This document shows, piece after piece, positions 26,480 through 39,256 of a stretch of DNA of 64,000 nt. How positions within the stretch are numbered: the stretch's first letter is position 1; each line of letters opens with the position of its first letter. The notes beneath the pieces were generated by a model. That model had not been told where the DNA came from and searched no databases. It was given only the letters and a program-made list of their open reading frames with translations. A program made the position numbers and the translations under genes. This DNA is from Raillietiella orientalis. Taxonomy: Eukaryota. Where the stretch lies: contig JAYWIR010000008.1 in the NCBI GenBank assembly GCA_036172245.1, positions 62,001 to 126,000 of the forward strand. Direction: 5' to 3'.

Positions 26480-27650
26480 TAGTTTTCAGATTGAGGATCA
26501 CGTAAAGTATCTGGGAGTACACAGACACCTGCCCCGGAGAAGCAGCAGTGGCCTATCCTGGCCAAGCTGCGCGAAGAAACCAGCCGCTGCAACGGAGTTT
26601 TCTTCCCACAGAAGGACAAGGCCAACCTCTGGAACGCGGTGATGGTGTCGAAGTCCCTCTTCTCCGCGGCCTTGCTCCCGATCCTCCGAGGACGTCAAAA
26701 GGGCTAGCTGGCCTCCAGAAGGACCCGGTCTGGAGCGGCAGAAGACCGGAGCCGAAAGTGGAAGTACCTGAGTCTCCCGCGGACGGAAAGAGGTGCCGGC
26801 ATGCGCGGCGTCGCCGTGAAGCTCCAGAACCATGTGGTCCGAATCGTGAGAGCGCATGGACGAGTGGCCGTTCGCGTTCCACCGCACCTGAGCAGGGCTG
26901 GAGCACGGAACCGACGGCCTCGTCTCCGCCATGGCGCTTCAAGCGGGCGACTGGAAGACCGTGAACCCGGCTTGGCCGAGAATCCAGCGCCTCCTGCGGA
27001 ACAAGAAACTGAAGATCGGTCCCAGAAGCAAACAGCTCTGAGACAAGGAACTGACCAAGGTAATCCCGTTGTTCATAAGCGTCCCTTGGGAAATGGGAAC
27101 CTGGGTCAGCAAGAACCCGAAAATGACGTTCGACGAACGCGAACGACTGTCATCCACGCGCGGCTAGTCCTCGCATACAAAGGATCGATGGAGGGAAGGA
27201 TGACCCAAAAGACGCGAGGTATTTGGCAGTACCAAGGTGCGCACTGGTCTAGGGTGAATCCCCAAATGAACAACCTAAGGATGGCGGAAGGCATCACATA
27301 GCCCGAAGCGATGGGAACGATGAGCTGAGACTAGGCGAAGCCGTCCTCGATCCACTGGCGACCGGGACAGTCCTGTGGAGATCCTCCTTGCCGCCAGACA
27401 TTTAGGATTCCCTCTTGATGTACTAGCACGGAGGTATTTTGTGCGGCACGAGGCTCTATCACTGGAACAGGAACCTCGACGACGATCAGTGTCCAGCGTG
27501 CGAGTCGACGGAGGAAGACCTGCACACTTACACCTGCCGAACCCTCGTCCAGGATAGGAGAGAGTTGAGGCGGCAACGTGGGATGAACGACAAGCCGAAA
27601 GTTGAAATCCTGCAAGGGCCTTCTAAGGAGAAGGCGGCGTGCCCCGCTAC
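26480..27650 (+). mobile_element. L1/Tx1-clade LINE 3' fragment (RT domain 7 to C-terminal zinc motif)
   Basis: VKYLGVH, KANLWNAVMVSKSLF, KWKYLSLPRTERGAG and TRLYHWN..DDQCPACESTEEDLH..C. Confidence 0.8.
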
Positions 27651-28099
27651 GACCCTACCTTGCGGGGGCGATCGTCGCCCTCTTCCTGAGGAGCATGATC
27701 ATCGGAAGAACGAAAATAAAGAAGGGTTACGCGCGTGCAACGCCCAGGAAATCTTGCAAGGACTCTTGAAAAAAAGATATCAACGTTGTCGCGGGCATGA
27801 GGGTATACCATCTCGGTCCCTCCTGCAATGCCTAAGGATAGTGCACTGTGCGGCCAGGACGGTGCATTGACTTGCGCACGGGGACCGCAGTGACACGACG
27901 GCCGACCGACACGTCGCCAAAGTAATGGTGTCTGTTGTCTGCTTGTATCCTCCCGTTGGTTCAGTGAATTCACCCTTCCGCGAGAGGGAATGGGGAAAGA
28001 GGAGGAGCAGCAGGCCGGGACGGGAGCGACAGCCATAACAAAGACGCCAGCGGCGGCGCTGCCGAAAGCAAGCGGCGTGGTCGCGTCCTTTGCCGACGG

Positions 28100-28700
28100 G
28101 AGCATCCGTGGCAACCCCGGGAAGCGATGCCTCCGAACGGGAAACTGAGAGGGGATCGGACTTTCGGACGTCTTTTACACCTAGTAGACTCCTCCGCTAG
28201 ACTTCTCTCGGGGCGAGCCGCTGAGAATTCTTCGGGAAGATCTCGCGTGGCGCCCCGTCCGTGGCATCCTCTCTTGGACCGTCGCACCTTCCCCTGCCCC
28301 CTCAAGTGGCAGGGGGGTTGGCGTGCTTGCAGCGTGGATCCGGGGCCTCCCGTGCAACATACTCCGGCACCTCATTGGATCCAGTGGAGTGCGGACCCGG
28401 ACTGTCTCACGCGCTGAGGGGGGATATCACCCTCTCACCCGCTTGTGGACCGTGTTGCCTTCCGACCCCTATGGGAACGTCTCTCCACGACCCTCCTCAT
28501 CCCTGCCGGCAACCCCAGGGACGCTTTTTAAGCTCCTCTGCGTGTGAGAGGCACCGCGACCAGCCTGCTTCTCGGCAGCTCCTTGCTGCATTCGAGGGAT
28601 CGCGGCGTCCTGGAGAGACGTCGATGAAAAAGGTTCGTGCCCGTCAATCATTTCGAAGAAGAACAAACCCAAGTCAGGGAGGGGGCGCGGGGAGCGGTGT
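28100..28700 (+). mobile_element. L1/Tx1-clade LINE 3' fragment
   Basis: Shares ccccctcaagtggcag (PLKWQ) with the copy at ~30375, followed by DPDC (zinc-motif position). Confidence 0.55.
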
Positions 28701-28749
28701 CTCCTACACACAAGAGATGCTAGGGAAAAAAAAAGTTCATTGGGGATGA

Positions 28750-29170
28750 CCGCCGGCACGCATGACGGCTCCTAGCTCGCGCGTGATCCGTTTGCACGTC
28801 CACACGAGCAATGCGTGCGTTCAGGGCAAACGAAGTGTCCTTTGCGGTTTCCTGCAACGTGTAAAGTGCGCTTGCCGATCCACGGCCGAGCATGAATCGT
28901 TTTCCTGGCAGCATCCATCCGCGGAGCTCGGTGCGTGCGTACTGCACCACGGTTTTCGCAAGTGCCTCGCATGCCCTTCCGCAGTCATTGCGCTCTCCCC
29001 TCTGCTGAGCCAGCTCAGCAGTCTTGTCTTGAGGTCCCTCTTCGTGCGGGACGCCATGGCGCCCGCTGCCTCAATCGCAGCGCTGTGCTGCGTGCGCGGT
29101 GTTGTCACGGCCATGCGCGGCGCCGAGAGAGGTCGGAGCGACGGGAGGATGTCTGCCACGCCATCCGCTT
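28750..29170 (-). mobile_element. Gag-like relic
   Basis: RLLSWLSRGESA and ALYTLQETAKDTSFALNARIAR resemble the retrotransposon gag major-homology region. Confidence 0.3.
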
Positions 29171-29174
29171 CCTG

Positions 29175-29380
29175 AAGATAGCGTGGAGGTGGCCCCACCT
29201 GGAAAGGAAGAAGGAGGAACTGGCCGGTATCCTTCAGCGGATTCAGAGGTCTCACCCACCACGAAATATCTCACGCACATCATCCCTTCCCTTCCCCCCA
29301 ACTAATCTTTTTTTTTTGTGTTATTAGTTTTTATTGTTTGTTATAGTTTGTTTCTTTTTTTTTTCTAGTTTTGTTTTATC
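29175..29380 (+). mobile_element. Extreme 3' end of the same LINE family
   Basis: RWPHLERKKEELAGILQRIQ matches RWTHLGQNKEGLAGILERMQ at ~30720. A T/TTG-rich tail follows. Confidence 0.65.
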
Positions 29381-29579
29381 CCTCTTCCTCTTCGTGGACT
29401 TGATGGACCTCTCCGGTCTCCCTTTAGTTTTAGTGTAATAATTGGAATCGGTGAGTGTAATAATTGAATTCCGAGTGGCTCTTCCGCCAGGACGTCAGGA
29501 ACAACGTGGTACGCATTGGGTCCAACTTCCCTTCCTTCCTCCTTTCCGAAACCCCTACACCCTTGCATACGAAAGGCAT

Positions 29580-30915
29580 CTTCGCCCTGTCGAGAATTCG
29601 AAAGAGAAGGACTAAAGGGTCTCATTGAAAGTCACGCCAGCGTCCGTTGCCGATTCGACCAAGCAGTCGAATTGGTTGCAAAGGTTACAGCAAAGCTACT
29701 CCATAGCACGTGGAAGACGTGTGTGCCCAGCGTCGGGATGGTGGTCTTGGCCTCCTGTCTCTGGAGCCAGTGGAGCGTCAGCTATGATGCGAGAGACCGA
29801 CCTCGACGGTCAAGTACTCGGACGATGCTCTGGTGCGTTCCGGCGTGCGTCGGCTCGCCCGGGGAGCGTGCCAGCTGCGGAGGACTGGCGACCCTGCTTT
29901 CGAGGCCTGGCCGCTCGCGGCTTCCCTCTCTGGCGAATGGCCACCCTAGCAAGAGCACACCAGATGGTTCTCCTGCAGCCTCCCTCCTCCCGTCTGCGCA
30001 TCCTCTCCCACGAAAGCCTGCGCCCACTTGGCAGGAGACGGTTCGAACGTGGGTCGAAATCAACAACTCCACGCTTCACGCCAAGTGCTGGCAATCCCGT
30101 CGAAACTCCCGAAGAACCACGGAGAGGCGGTGGGCAGTGGAAGAGCGCTGGCGGCCCGCCCGTCATCCAGCCCCTTCGCTGCCGCAGCGGCGCCTTCCAC
30201 TTTCGGGATCCGCGGCTCCTGACTACAGGCAGGTTGGCAGTTTCCTGCGAGATCTCGAGTGGTAGGAAACCTCCAGGTGGCTGGGCTGCGCCCCAGCTCG
30301 CTGACGCCGCAACAACCTTGATCCTCCCAGAGGACTCGTTCGCTGGGATGAGCTCTCCCTCTTCGTTCTCCTCCCCCCTCAAGTGGCAGCAGTCGGCGCT
30401 GCTGATGCTACGTCGGACCACTCCCGCGCACCGCCACCGCTGGTTAAGGGGGGCGCCTGCCCAACTGTTCCAGATGCGGGGACAAGGAGACCCTTCCTCT
30501 CCTGTTGGTGCATTGCGTCGTACATTTCCCGGCGTCCCTTCCCTCCCTAGCGGACAACCCTACGGATACAGTGTGGAATCTCTTCGTGAGGAATGCCTGG
30601 TCGCCAGCTGCCTCAGACGCAGCGCTGTGCTTCAGTCTCCAGGGACGACGCCGAGAGAGAGAAACACGATGGGGTAAGCATCCTCTTTTCCAGAACAACC
30701 GCGTCGAGATGGACCCACCTGGGCCAGAATAAGGAGGGGCTAGCCGGCATCCTGGAAAGGATGCAAAGGATCCAAAGGGGCTTGTCCCTCCCTTATATTC
30801 CTCTAAAACCGCAAACAGAATTCTGTTTGTCTCTTCCCGCGTTTCCCTCCGTGATGTTGTGGACCTCATCAGCGCGCCCTTTGACTGCTGCGTGTTTCTT
30901 ATTTTTTTTTTAAAA
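29580..30915 (+). mobile_element. L1/Tx1-clade LINE 3' fragment
   Basis: WKTCVPSVG, SPLKWQ, NCSRCGDKETLPLLLVHC (zinc motif), KEGLAGILERMQ and a T-rich end. Confidence 0.75.
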
Positions 30916-31298
30916 AAGAAACTCTTCGGGGTACCCGAGTGAAAAGCCTCACTGCAACCATCAACTATCAACTATCAACCTGTTATTAACACACAAAAAA
31001 ATCACTGCATGAACTTATGGAACAACGAAGCTTTTCCTGCTTTTCCCGTTGGAGGCACTTGGCAAAACTGATCTCAACACAAACACGGAACACACAGGTA
31101 CCAGCAATCCTTTTCAGCCAGTGTTGGCACCTCTGGGAACAAAAGAATCGATGCCCTTGTTTTTGAAACAAAAAAAAAATGACATCAGGAAGCATATAAA
31201 TGATAAAAGAAGCGTCAGAGATGATTTTTTTTTTTCGCTCCGAGTTGACATTACAGCCTTCGGTGCGTAGGGCCCTTTGCTAGTCCTACATCAACCCC

Positions 31299-31647
31299 TA
31301 GGGCCACCGGATTAGCCGGCGCAAACATGGCGTCGGCTGCCGAGTGGGCCCATCTTCCGGAAGACGTTAGGAGCGAGATCACCGGCATCCATAGCCGGTT
31401 CTGAAGGAAAGGAACTGCCGATCCAAAGACCCCTGTCCCCTACCCTCCCCACATCTTTATTTCTATTTTTTATATGTGTGTATTTGTGGTCCCCTCCCTC
31501 CCGTTCCGGACTTTCGGCATACCGACCTGCATGTCGGGGATCCCCCCCATCGTTTCCTCTGTGTCCTTTGTCCGGGAACTCTGTTCCTGGACAGTTTAGG
31601 AATAAACGCCCCGGCGCACCCGGGTGACAAACAAACAGCAACCCCTA
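31299..31647. mobile_element. Possible MITE with TAGGG...CCCTA termini
   Basis: TAGGG at 31299 and CCCTA ending at 31647. caacccctag is repeated at both ends (31292, 31639). Weak similarity to 44050-44270 (actctgttcc). Confidence 0.35.
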
Positions 31648-32949
31648 GTATTGAAAAAACCGGGTGGTCCTTTTCTTCGGTGCATTTAATTCTCAGTAGA
31701 CAACCGTGCCGTCCACTTCCCAAATCGTCACCCGTCCTTGTCCATTTCTTTTTAATAAGGATCTTATACGTGAGGAACACGTTTCAGATTGTGCTTCACT
31801 GTACAGTTGATAAACCACGTGCAAAGTACTTGCAAGACCATGGTGTGGCCAAAGACAGTCAGTTTTCTATTGCTTTAGCAATTCGCTTGGGCATGACGAC
31901 GACTTTCGTTTCTGAAATCCTTTCAACACGTATTGCAGTGTGGTACGGTGGCAATAACGAGGTATCATAAAGGAGTTAAGCATCCGAACGTTTATCCCTT
32001 TCTTCCGATGTTTTCGCAGGCAGCAGGAAGAATCGTCAGATTGAAAGGAGCTGCTGCGTTTCCTTGGGCAGCTGCTTCCGCTGAAAATAACAGTGATTTC
32101 CATCATGAGTGGGATGTGATGACCTCAGGTCGAGGAGTCCTGACTCCGATGTCGGTTGGATGAATCCTCTATTCTTCAACGTCACATTGCATATTATTAC
32201 ATGCGCTGGAGTAATTAATAACACGCAAGGTGTATTAAGCACAATGTGGAATGCGGGTTAATTGACTTCCTATGATCAAAATCTTAATTGAGCAACATCG
32301 AAGAGTCACGTCATGTTCTTTCGTATTCATGTTCTGATCCTTCGAGGAGATGCATCGCTTGAAGAGGATAGTTCTTCCTTTAAGGCATCCCTAGGCCAGC
32401 AGCATCCCGGGCAATCTTTGTTTTTCCCTTTCTGTTTGGTGATTCCGCGATAAACACTGCAGCAGAACGCTAAATGGTTTCTCCCTGCAATCACCCGAAC
32501 ACGTCTTTTGCCGTCAAGCACGGAATTTTTTCCTCAACTTTATTTATATATATATATATATTGTTTTGGCAACTTTATACTGTAGATGTTGCTGGAATTC
32601 ACCGCTCCGTGGATTTTTTGTTCCTTCGTTTCAGAGGACGACTGATGCACACGAGCATAAAAGAAAAAGAAAGAAAAAGTGGTCAAGTAAAAAAAATGAT
32701 GACGCACAAGGGGGGCTTCCACGGAGGAAGAATATGTAGCAAACCTCACGCTGAAAGCGAAAATGAGATTCCCCCGGGTGGACGCAGCGAAAGTCGGAGG
32801 TCATCCGTCTGGAAACCCTAAATCCGGAGTAAGATCTCTGAATGGAACATTTGAAAGATGCCGTCCAGCGGAAGCGGTTGGGTACGCCGCGATTGATCTT
32901 CGAGGCGTCACGAGGGAAGATGACCACCACCAGCACAATACGAGGCACA

Positions 32950-34600
32950 ATCGCTTCTCGGCCTTTTGGCTGAGATCAAAGTGCAGCATTATGAGGCACA
33001 AGGAGGTCAGGCATGGTTTCGGAAGTTGCATCTGCAACTGCAACAGCCATGGAAGCCGAAAATTGAAACGACGGTTTACTCCTGAAAACGGCTTTCCTCC
33101 GGAAGGTCAGGCTCCTCCGTGGACAGCGCCATTTTGTATGATTAAATGCGTTTTAACCTCCCCCCCCCCCTCCCAATCCCAAATATCGATCAGGTCCGAG
33201 TGCTTCGGGCAATGCATACTTTCGCATGCCTGCGAGAAGCGAAAGCGACGGCCGCATCCGAAAGATTTTATTCCGCCCATCCCTTGAATTTGTCACTCTG
33301 ATTCAGAACTGATGAATTTGGAACGAATCGGAGCACCCTGAATTTCGGAGGAAGTTTTGGGGGTGGGGGGGGAGCCAAGTGAATGGATAGTTGAGGAATC
33401 ATTCATGTTGAAATTCCCCCCCTCTCCCCTCCCTTCCTCCATGCAGTTCTCTCTGCTCGAGGCGTGGCATTCGGCTTGGATGAAATCTTTTCAAAGATTT
33501 CATCCAAGATCTATGCAAAAGCTGAAGATCCGAGTGCGAGCACATTCTTCCACTTTCAGAATTCCTATGCGCTGAAATCACCGATGAAGTGGCAATGGAG
33601 TTGGGAGGAACGCAGTCGGCTTTATTCCGGCGTCAGCCTCCGCTCTCTCAGCTTCCAAGTGAAAGAAGAGTTTAGTGAAGTGTGTGTGTGTGTTTTGCAG
33701 GCGGAACACCGGAATGCTCACTAATCGGGAAGACGCAGAAAGTTTCAAAAAGGACAGCAATTATAGGCATTTTCCCGCTGATTTTTTTCCTTTTTTTTTG
33801 GGGAGGGGGGGGGGGGGATTGTCTCCGCCGGCGGAATTTCCGGCCTCGGTCCATTTGCATTTTTTACCGCTTCCGAAAGGAGAACTTTTTCTTTCCATTC
33901 CGATGAGAAACTGGCGAAAGTGAATTAGCAGTTCCCCGTGTAGGTGGATATAATGACGATTTCGGTCCCTTTTCCGAGGGTTTCTGTTTTTTTTTTTTTC
34001 CTACTCGGGCGGGGGGGGGGCCTTTACGACGAAGGTGTATATAGTCGTAGTTCCGGTGGGATTATCTTTGACTCGATGTGTGTGACTCCTTCAGTGTAGT
34101 GATCACGTGGGGGCGAGAGGTCGAGTCTGCTGGGGCAGGTTGGCAAATGGATCTCGGATGTTGAGGAGTGAAACGGGACCGTTTCCAAGGTGAGTGGCTC
34201 GGACGCGTGCTGGGGAAGCTCTTGTGCGCCCGGTAACGAGAGTCTGAATCCGTGGGTGTTTCCCGTTGACACAGTGCGCAATATTCCGATCTTCACGAAG
34301 GAATAAAGTGAGTTCGATGAAACGAAAGTGGTCATCACGATGGCGACGAGGTGGCAGCAGAGCTTGGCAGTGGTCTCGCTGACCGTTCCTCTCGTGTCGC
34401 CGAAAATGGAAGCGGGGGCTTCTCTTGAAAACTCTGCTTGTATTCGAAAAAGGTGCGCGAAAAGTCGGGAGGACCTTTTCTCTTCCCTTTCTCAGTCTTC
34501 GCCCAGCCTCAGTCTTGCTGTAGGTGAAAATCGGAATGCATTCGCCGATCCTCTCCTCCGGTTCTCTCCGAAAGTCCTCGCCGTTAATCACCAGACCAAC
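32950..34600 (-). mobile_element. Possible decayed hAT transposase
   Basis: FVSSNSLYSFVKIGILRTV..GFRLSLP and YTEGVTHIE lie in the order expected for the hAT N-terminal and DDE segments. Confidence 0.35.
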
Positions 34601-36349
34601 AAACCACCACGTCAAAGCCAAATGGTAATTAATGAAAACCTCTCAGTCGTGTGATTTCCTCGCTGAGATGGCCGATTCATGGCACAAAACATTTCCTTGG
34701 CATCCGCAGTTCGACGAGAGCGCAGCATCCCGCGATCCTCACACCCACATCCATCGATCCCGGATATTTCTATGATTTGTTATATTAGCAAATGCAAAGC
34801 CCCGTATTCTCAGCCCCGAATGCCTTGTGGCAAGTCGACAGTCTGTGGACAGTCCAAGACATCACAGCGTGGTCGAAGGATTTTCATTTGCTTTGGAAAG
34901 AAAGTATTTTTGGTCCGCCTCTCACTCTTTGGTTACTTCAGTTGCGACGTGGCCGTCCTCTGGAACTTTTAAATATTGTGAAATTCCGAAATTTGATTAT
35001 TTTTGAGCTTTTCTCTCCTTCTTATTCTTCCGTTTCCTTTAGGATCGTGAATTTGTATGGTTGCTTGTAATTTGGGGTATCCATGATAAATTGTTCAGTT
35101 GGTAATACGAAATTCACTTTTTTTTTTGCATCTGATGCTATGCAAAATCGTTGTTTTTTTTTTTTTTTTTTTGTTCTTTTTTTGCATCATGACTGGTCAT
35201 CATTTGACGATATGCAAAATATTATGTTACGTCGACTTTGTGCTATGATTTTTCCCCCACAGATCTTTTGAAACGTTCCTACCCGTTTGGATTCCTGTAG
35301 AACTGCGATTTGCTTGATATCTTTTTTTCTTTTTTCTTTTTTTAAAGAGTTACACAAAATGTCTGACAAGTGTCCTTGTAGTTACTCTTCAGCCGGAATA
35401 CGATTAATTGCTTTCAAATGCATAAACACACAGAAACGCACGTGCAATTTCCGAGTAGAAGAAGCAAATAGTATGATTGGTGACCACAATTCCAGCTTAG
35501 CTCTTGGGAGAAATCCGAGTTTCGAGGTAGTTTTCAGCCCTGTGGATTTTCAATGCAGCTTTGACCTCCAAGTTCGAAGCTGCCGATCCTCTTTTCAAGT
35601 CGGAACTGTCGGAGGCAAATTACCACGCCGTTCGATAGGCAAAGGGTTTCCTCTATCGTTTCGTACGTGAAGGAAAAAAACCTGTCGAGAAGTGGTCCTT
35701 CGGTGTAAACGACCTCTTTGTGCCATGGCATTTGGGTCCCACAACCGAATTCCTCATTTCTGCTGCATTCGTTAATGGACGTTCGGATTCAAAAAGGAAA
35801 CGTAATTAAAGCTTTCATAATGGATCACCATCCAGCTGTAATGATGAGATATTTCTCTTGGTTGGGATACGTAAATCATCCAAAGAGAACCCAAAGGACT
35901 GAAAACTGCCGAAAGACGGAAGCGCAACATCTCTAACGATGATTAGGGGTTCCGGAACTCATCTTGCTGTAACAGTCGCCTCGTTCGTCTTGTGCTCATT
36001 GCCTTGCTCTGCGAGGTGTCTTGTCCTCCTCCAGAGCTGTCGATTCCAAGTCTCTCCTCACCTTCTTCTCACGAAGAGAAATTGCCCCCCATCGTGCGTA
36101 ATTTTTTCTTGCATCCTCTTAATCCCTACGGGATCGAAACATCCTCAGTTTTCATCATTTTCTAGGAATCTCATGCACGCGTAATCACTGCTTCCGTCTT
36201 CAAAACTTGCGTTGCTTTCCGGTCAGGCGAAATTTCCAGGATTGCCACCTTTCTGTCTTCAATTTGGTCGTAAATTTTACGAAACAATAGAATGCCACAA
36301 GCGACTCCTTCCAGCTTCCCTTCAGCAATCCGAAGTTCAGTGATGGCAT

Positions 36350-39150
36350 CCCTGATTTCCTCCCAACGGTAGGAAAGCCTGAAAGCGTTGCTCCATCTTC
36401 CACGACTTCCTATCGTCCAAGGGAGCCAAATTTACCATTGTCCGTCTTTACAGACAGACTGCGTTCGTGCCTTTGGGATCTAAGGCAGCCCTTTCCTTCC
36501 TCAGATTCGCAGGATTCCCACATCCCCACCAAGAATGCCACTCTGATCACTCTATTAACCCTTTGCACTCCAACCGTTTGTTGACACGACCGACCAGCAG
36601 CTCCCCAGCACGCTTTCGAAATTGAAAATTTGAAAAGTAATGGCTTTGCCTTGATAAGGAAAAAAAAAGATAAACGTTCATTCGTCAGGCGTTTCGCTGC
36701 GATGATTCTTTTTGCAAAGCTGTTGGTTTCTTCTTCGATGATCCCCTTGGCAAGCTCTTCTGTGAAAAATAACTAGAAATATTCTATTGGTACCTCAACG
36801 TTAGATGCAATCTGTGGTGTCCAGCGACCCTGGGCGAAACTGTAAAATTAATCCTTTTTAGAATCCTTTTGCTATCCGTTATATCGACCCTCACTCAACG
36901 TCTTCCTTGAAAGAGTTTTTTTTTTTTTTTCCACTCTCTCATTCTTCGTCGCCGTTTCACTTAATAATTTCGCTATCGCCAGAGCGAATCCCGGAATCAT
37001 CATCACTTGCACTATCTTCAGATGCAGCATCAGTTACACTGTCATCAGCTGGGTGTAAATGAAGTTCTTCCCTTTCGCTCAATTTTCATAATCCCCTTCC
37101 TCTTTATCCATCTTTAGCAAATTGCTTCGCAACTGACTGGTGGCAATCAGAGAGCAAATCTTAATTAAAGATCATAACTGCAACTCTACACTGGGTAATG
37201 TTTGCAGAGCAGTGATCTGTAACAGGAGAGGCTGTGAACGCCCACGGCGTTTGTTTGCACTCATCTTGCGTGCCGAAGAGCGGGTTGCACATCCTGGAAA
37301 TGCAAAGGATGCAAAACTCTGGTCCCAGTTCTGACGCATCAACACAATGCACGTCTCCTCAGCGGAGCCAGAGGATCTGTGGTGCCATTTTGAATGTCCC
37401 CTCAGAGGAACCGGTGGAGAGCAAAGGGTTAAGATGTGCCATCCCAGCCTCCCGTCTGGGGTCAGGTGGTAATTGAATTTTTCCTTTGGGCCACTGAAGT
37501 TTCTGCCACGGTTTTACTATTCCGATCCCACGAACGCCCGCTGGCAGTGGCAGCCCCGTGGCGTTTTGCGCGCGCTCAGCCCGCTGGGGGTGCGCGCGTT
37601 TACGTGCGTTGGTTCCTTCCAGCCTTCGGGAAGGGTCAACGCGTGATGGCTTCCGTCCAGCAGTAGCCACCGGCATTAGTGCCTTCACGAACGTGCCTTG
37701 CCAAGGGATATGCGGAAAGCTCTTCCAACTCTGCAAGAAACCTGCATTCATCACAAAGCCATTTCCGAACACTCGAAGACGGAATCGAGATTTCGTCTTC
37801 GAGTGCGGAACCTTGTTTTCAGAAGGAGGGGGGTAGGAGTCTCTGGTGCAATAAAATCGCATTTCTGACACGTGATTATAAGGAGGATTTACTTGCGAAA
37901 AACAACGATTTGCTGGCGCTCGCCCTTTCGCCAGGAGGTTCAGACGGGACGGCCCCCTTCTGCCGGTGGTGCCCGGACGTTCAGATTCTGCCTTTCCTTC
38001 GCGCCGGATTCTGTTGCCGCTCTGAATTTGGGATTTTCTTCCCCCCTCCCCCTCACGCAGGACAGAGGAGGCACTCTATTTTCTTAATATCATGCCATCC
38101 TTCCCGTGGAGATGTCTATCAAAAAACCCCGAAGGATCTTACAAAAAAATACGTATGTTCGTTACATATATTAATGTATATCATAAAGACTATACAAAAA
38201 TGAATATTTATGCTGTAGAATAATATATGTGAATATACATGTTCCTCCATAGATTAATATACGGATTTATTTTACCACACGTATTTATTAGTGCTCATCA
38301 GCAAACATATTATTAATTCTACTTTTTATCATCTTCACTATGTTTATCAATACACATTAATAAATACGTATAAGATGAATTTGCATATGAATTTATACAT
38401 AAAAGTATACATAATAAGCATATATATTGACTTTTGAGATCTTCATAATATGCATAAAACCATACATTAATATACATAAAAATTAGTACATCGATACATA
38501 TAATGTGCACATATGTATTCTTATATGTAATTGTCCGGGATTTCGAACGAAACCCTTGCCGAAGCGCCACCGTGAACGATTCCGCGCCACACGCAGACTG
38601 GACTGGAGCACGTTTGGTGCATCCTTCGTGTCCCGTGCTTACACTTGGTGTTGGCAAAGACACATCGTGCTCGTGCCCTTCCTTCCCACATCCCTCACGT
38701 GGTTCTTCGACGCGGTTCCACGCCACCCGAGGGTGGGTGATTCTTCAAGATAGGGGATACCCCGGGAGGGGTCCGCCCCCACGTAGAAGGTGATCAGGCT
38801 GATGCGCCGGGCCGCGTCAGGCCTTGCCAGGAGGCCTCGCCCCACTGTCCAGACTCGAGACGAGCCAGAAGCACCGTCTGCAAAAACAGGTTCCCGGGAA
38901 AGAGGAACCTCCCCTCGCAGCACTCCCGACTGCAGAGAGCACGGGTTCGGCCTGGAACTGCTGGCCGGAGGATTCATGAGGTCGCGGGTATGCATGACCG
39001 GCCCTTTGGGAGCTCGCCTGTACATGCGCGCGTACACGGAAGGTAGAGCAGATTTGAGGACGTGCTCAGGAAGCACGGGGAATGGTTGACCCGGGTGGGG
39101 GGGGCAGACTGGTGGGCTGGCCGTACTTCGTACGCACTTTTGGATTCTTG
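36350..39150 (-). mobile_element. Decayed DIRS-like (tyrosine recombinase) retrotransposon
   Basis: Minus strand: Cys-rich gag-end-like segment (~39030), GFLQSWKS and GVRGIGIVKPWQKLQWP (DIRS RT/RNase H-like, ~37500-37740), then ALDPK and IGSRGRWSNAF (YR C-terminal GRW.S.AF motif, ~36400). Confidence 0.5.
38150..38530. repeat. AT-rich low-complexity (TA/ATAC) block
   Basis: Abrupt AT-rich island with many tata/atac units inside GC-rich sequence. Confidence 0.6.
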
Positions 39151-39256
39151 CCGAAGGCGAAATCGGTTTTTGGAAGGTGCCTGCGCGTGACGGGGGCTCT
39201 GATTGCGTTTCGGTTTCCTCAGATTTGTGGTATAAGGAAGCTGCCAAATCTGGATT

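Noticed and set aside
26498..26932. Minus-strand SDHMVL resembling the end of a LINE endonuclease, suggesting a full-length element
   Set aside because: The plus strand here carries much stronger colinear RT-thumb motifs (KYLGV, LWN, LSLPR..RG.G), so the match is probably coincidental.
23850..27650. Twin-priming 5' inversion of a single LINE
   Set aside because: Both arms contain the same RT domain 7 to C-terminal region, so they are two copies rather than complementary halves.
12000..31000. Many long overlapping ORFs (150-350 aa) in the ORF track
   Set aside because: They are GC-rich stop-poor frames, often with non-ATG starts, overlapping transposon relics; no cellular protein was recognisable.
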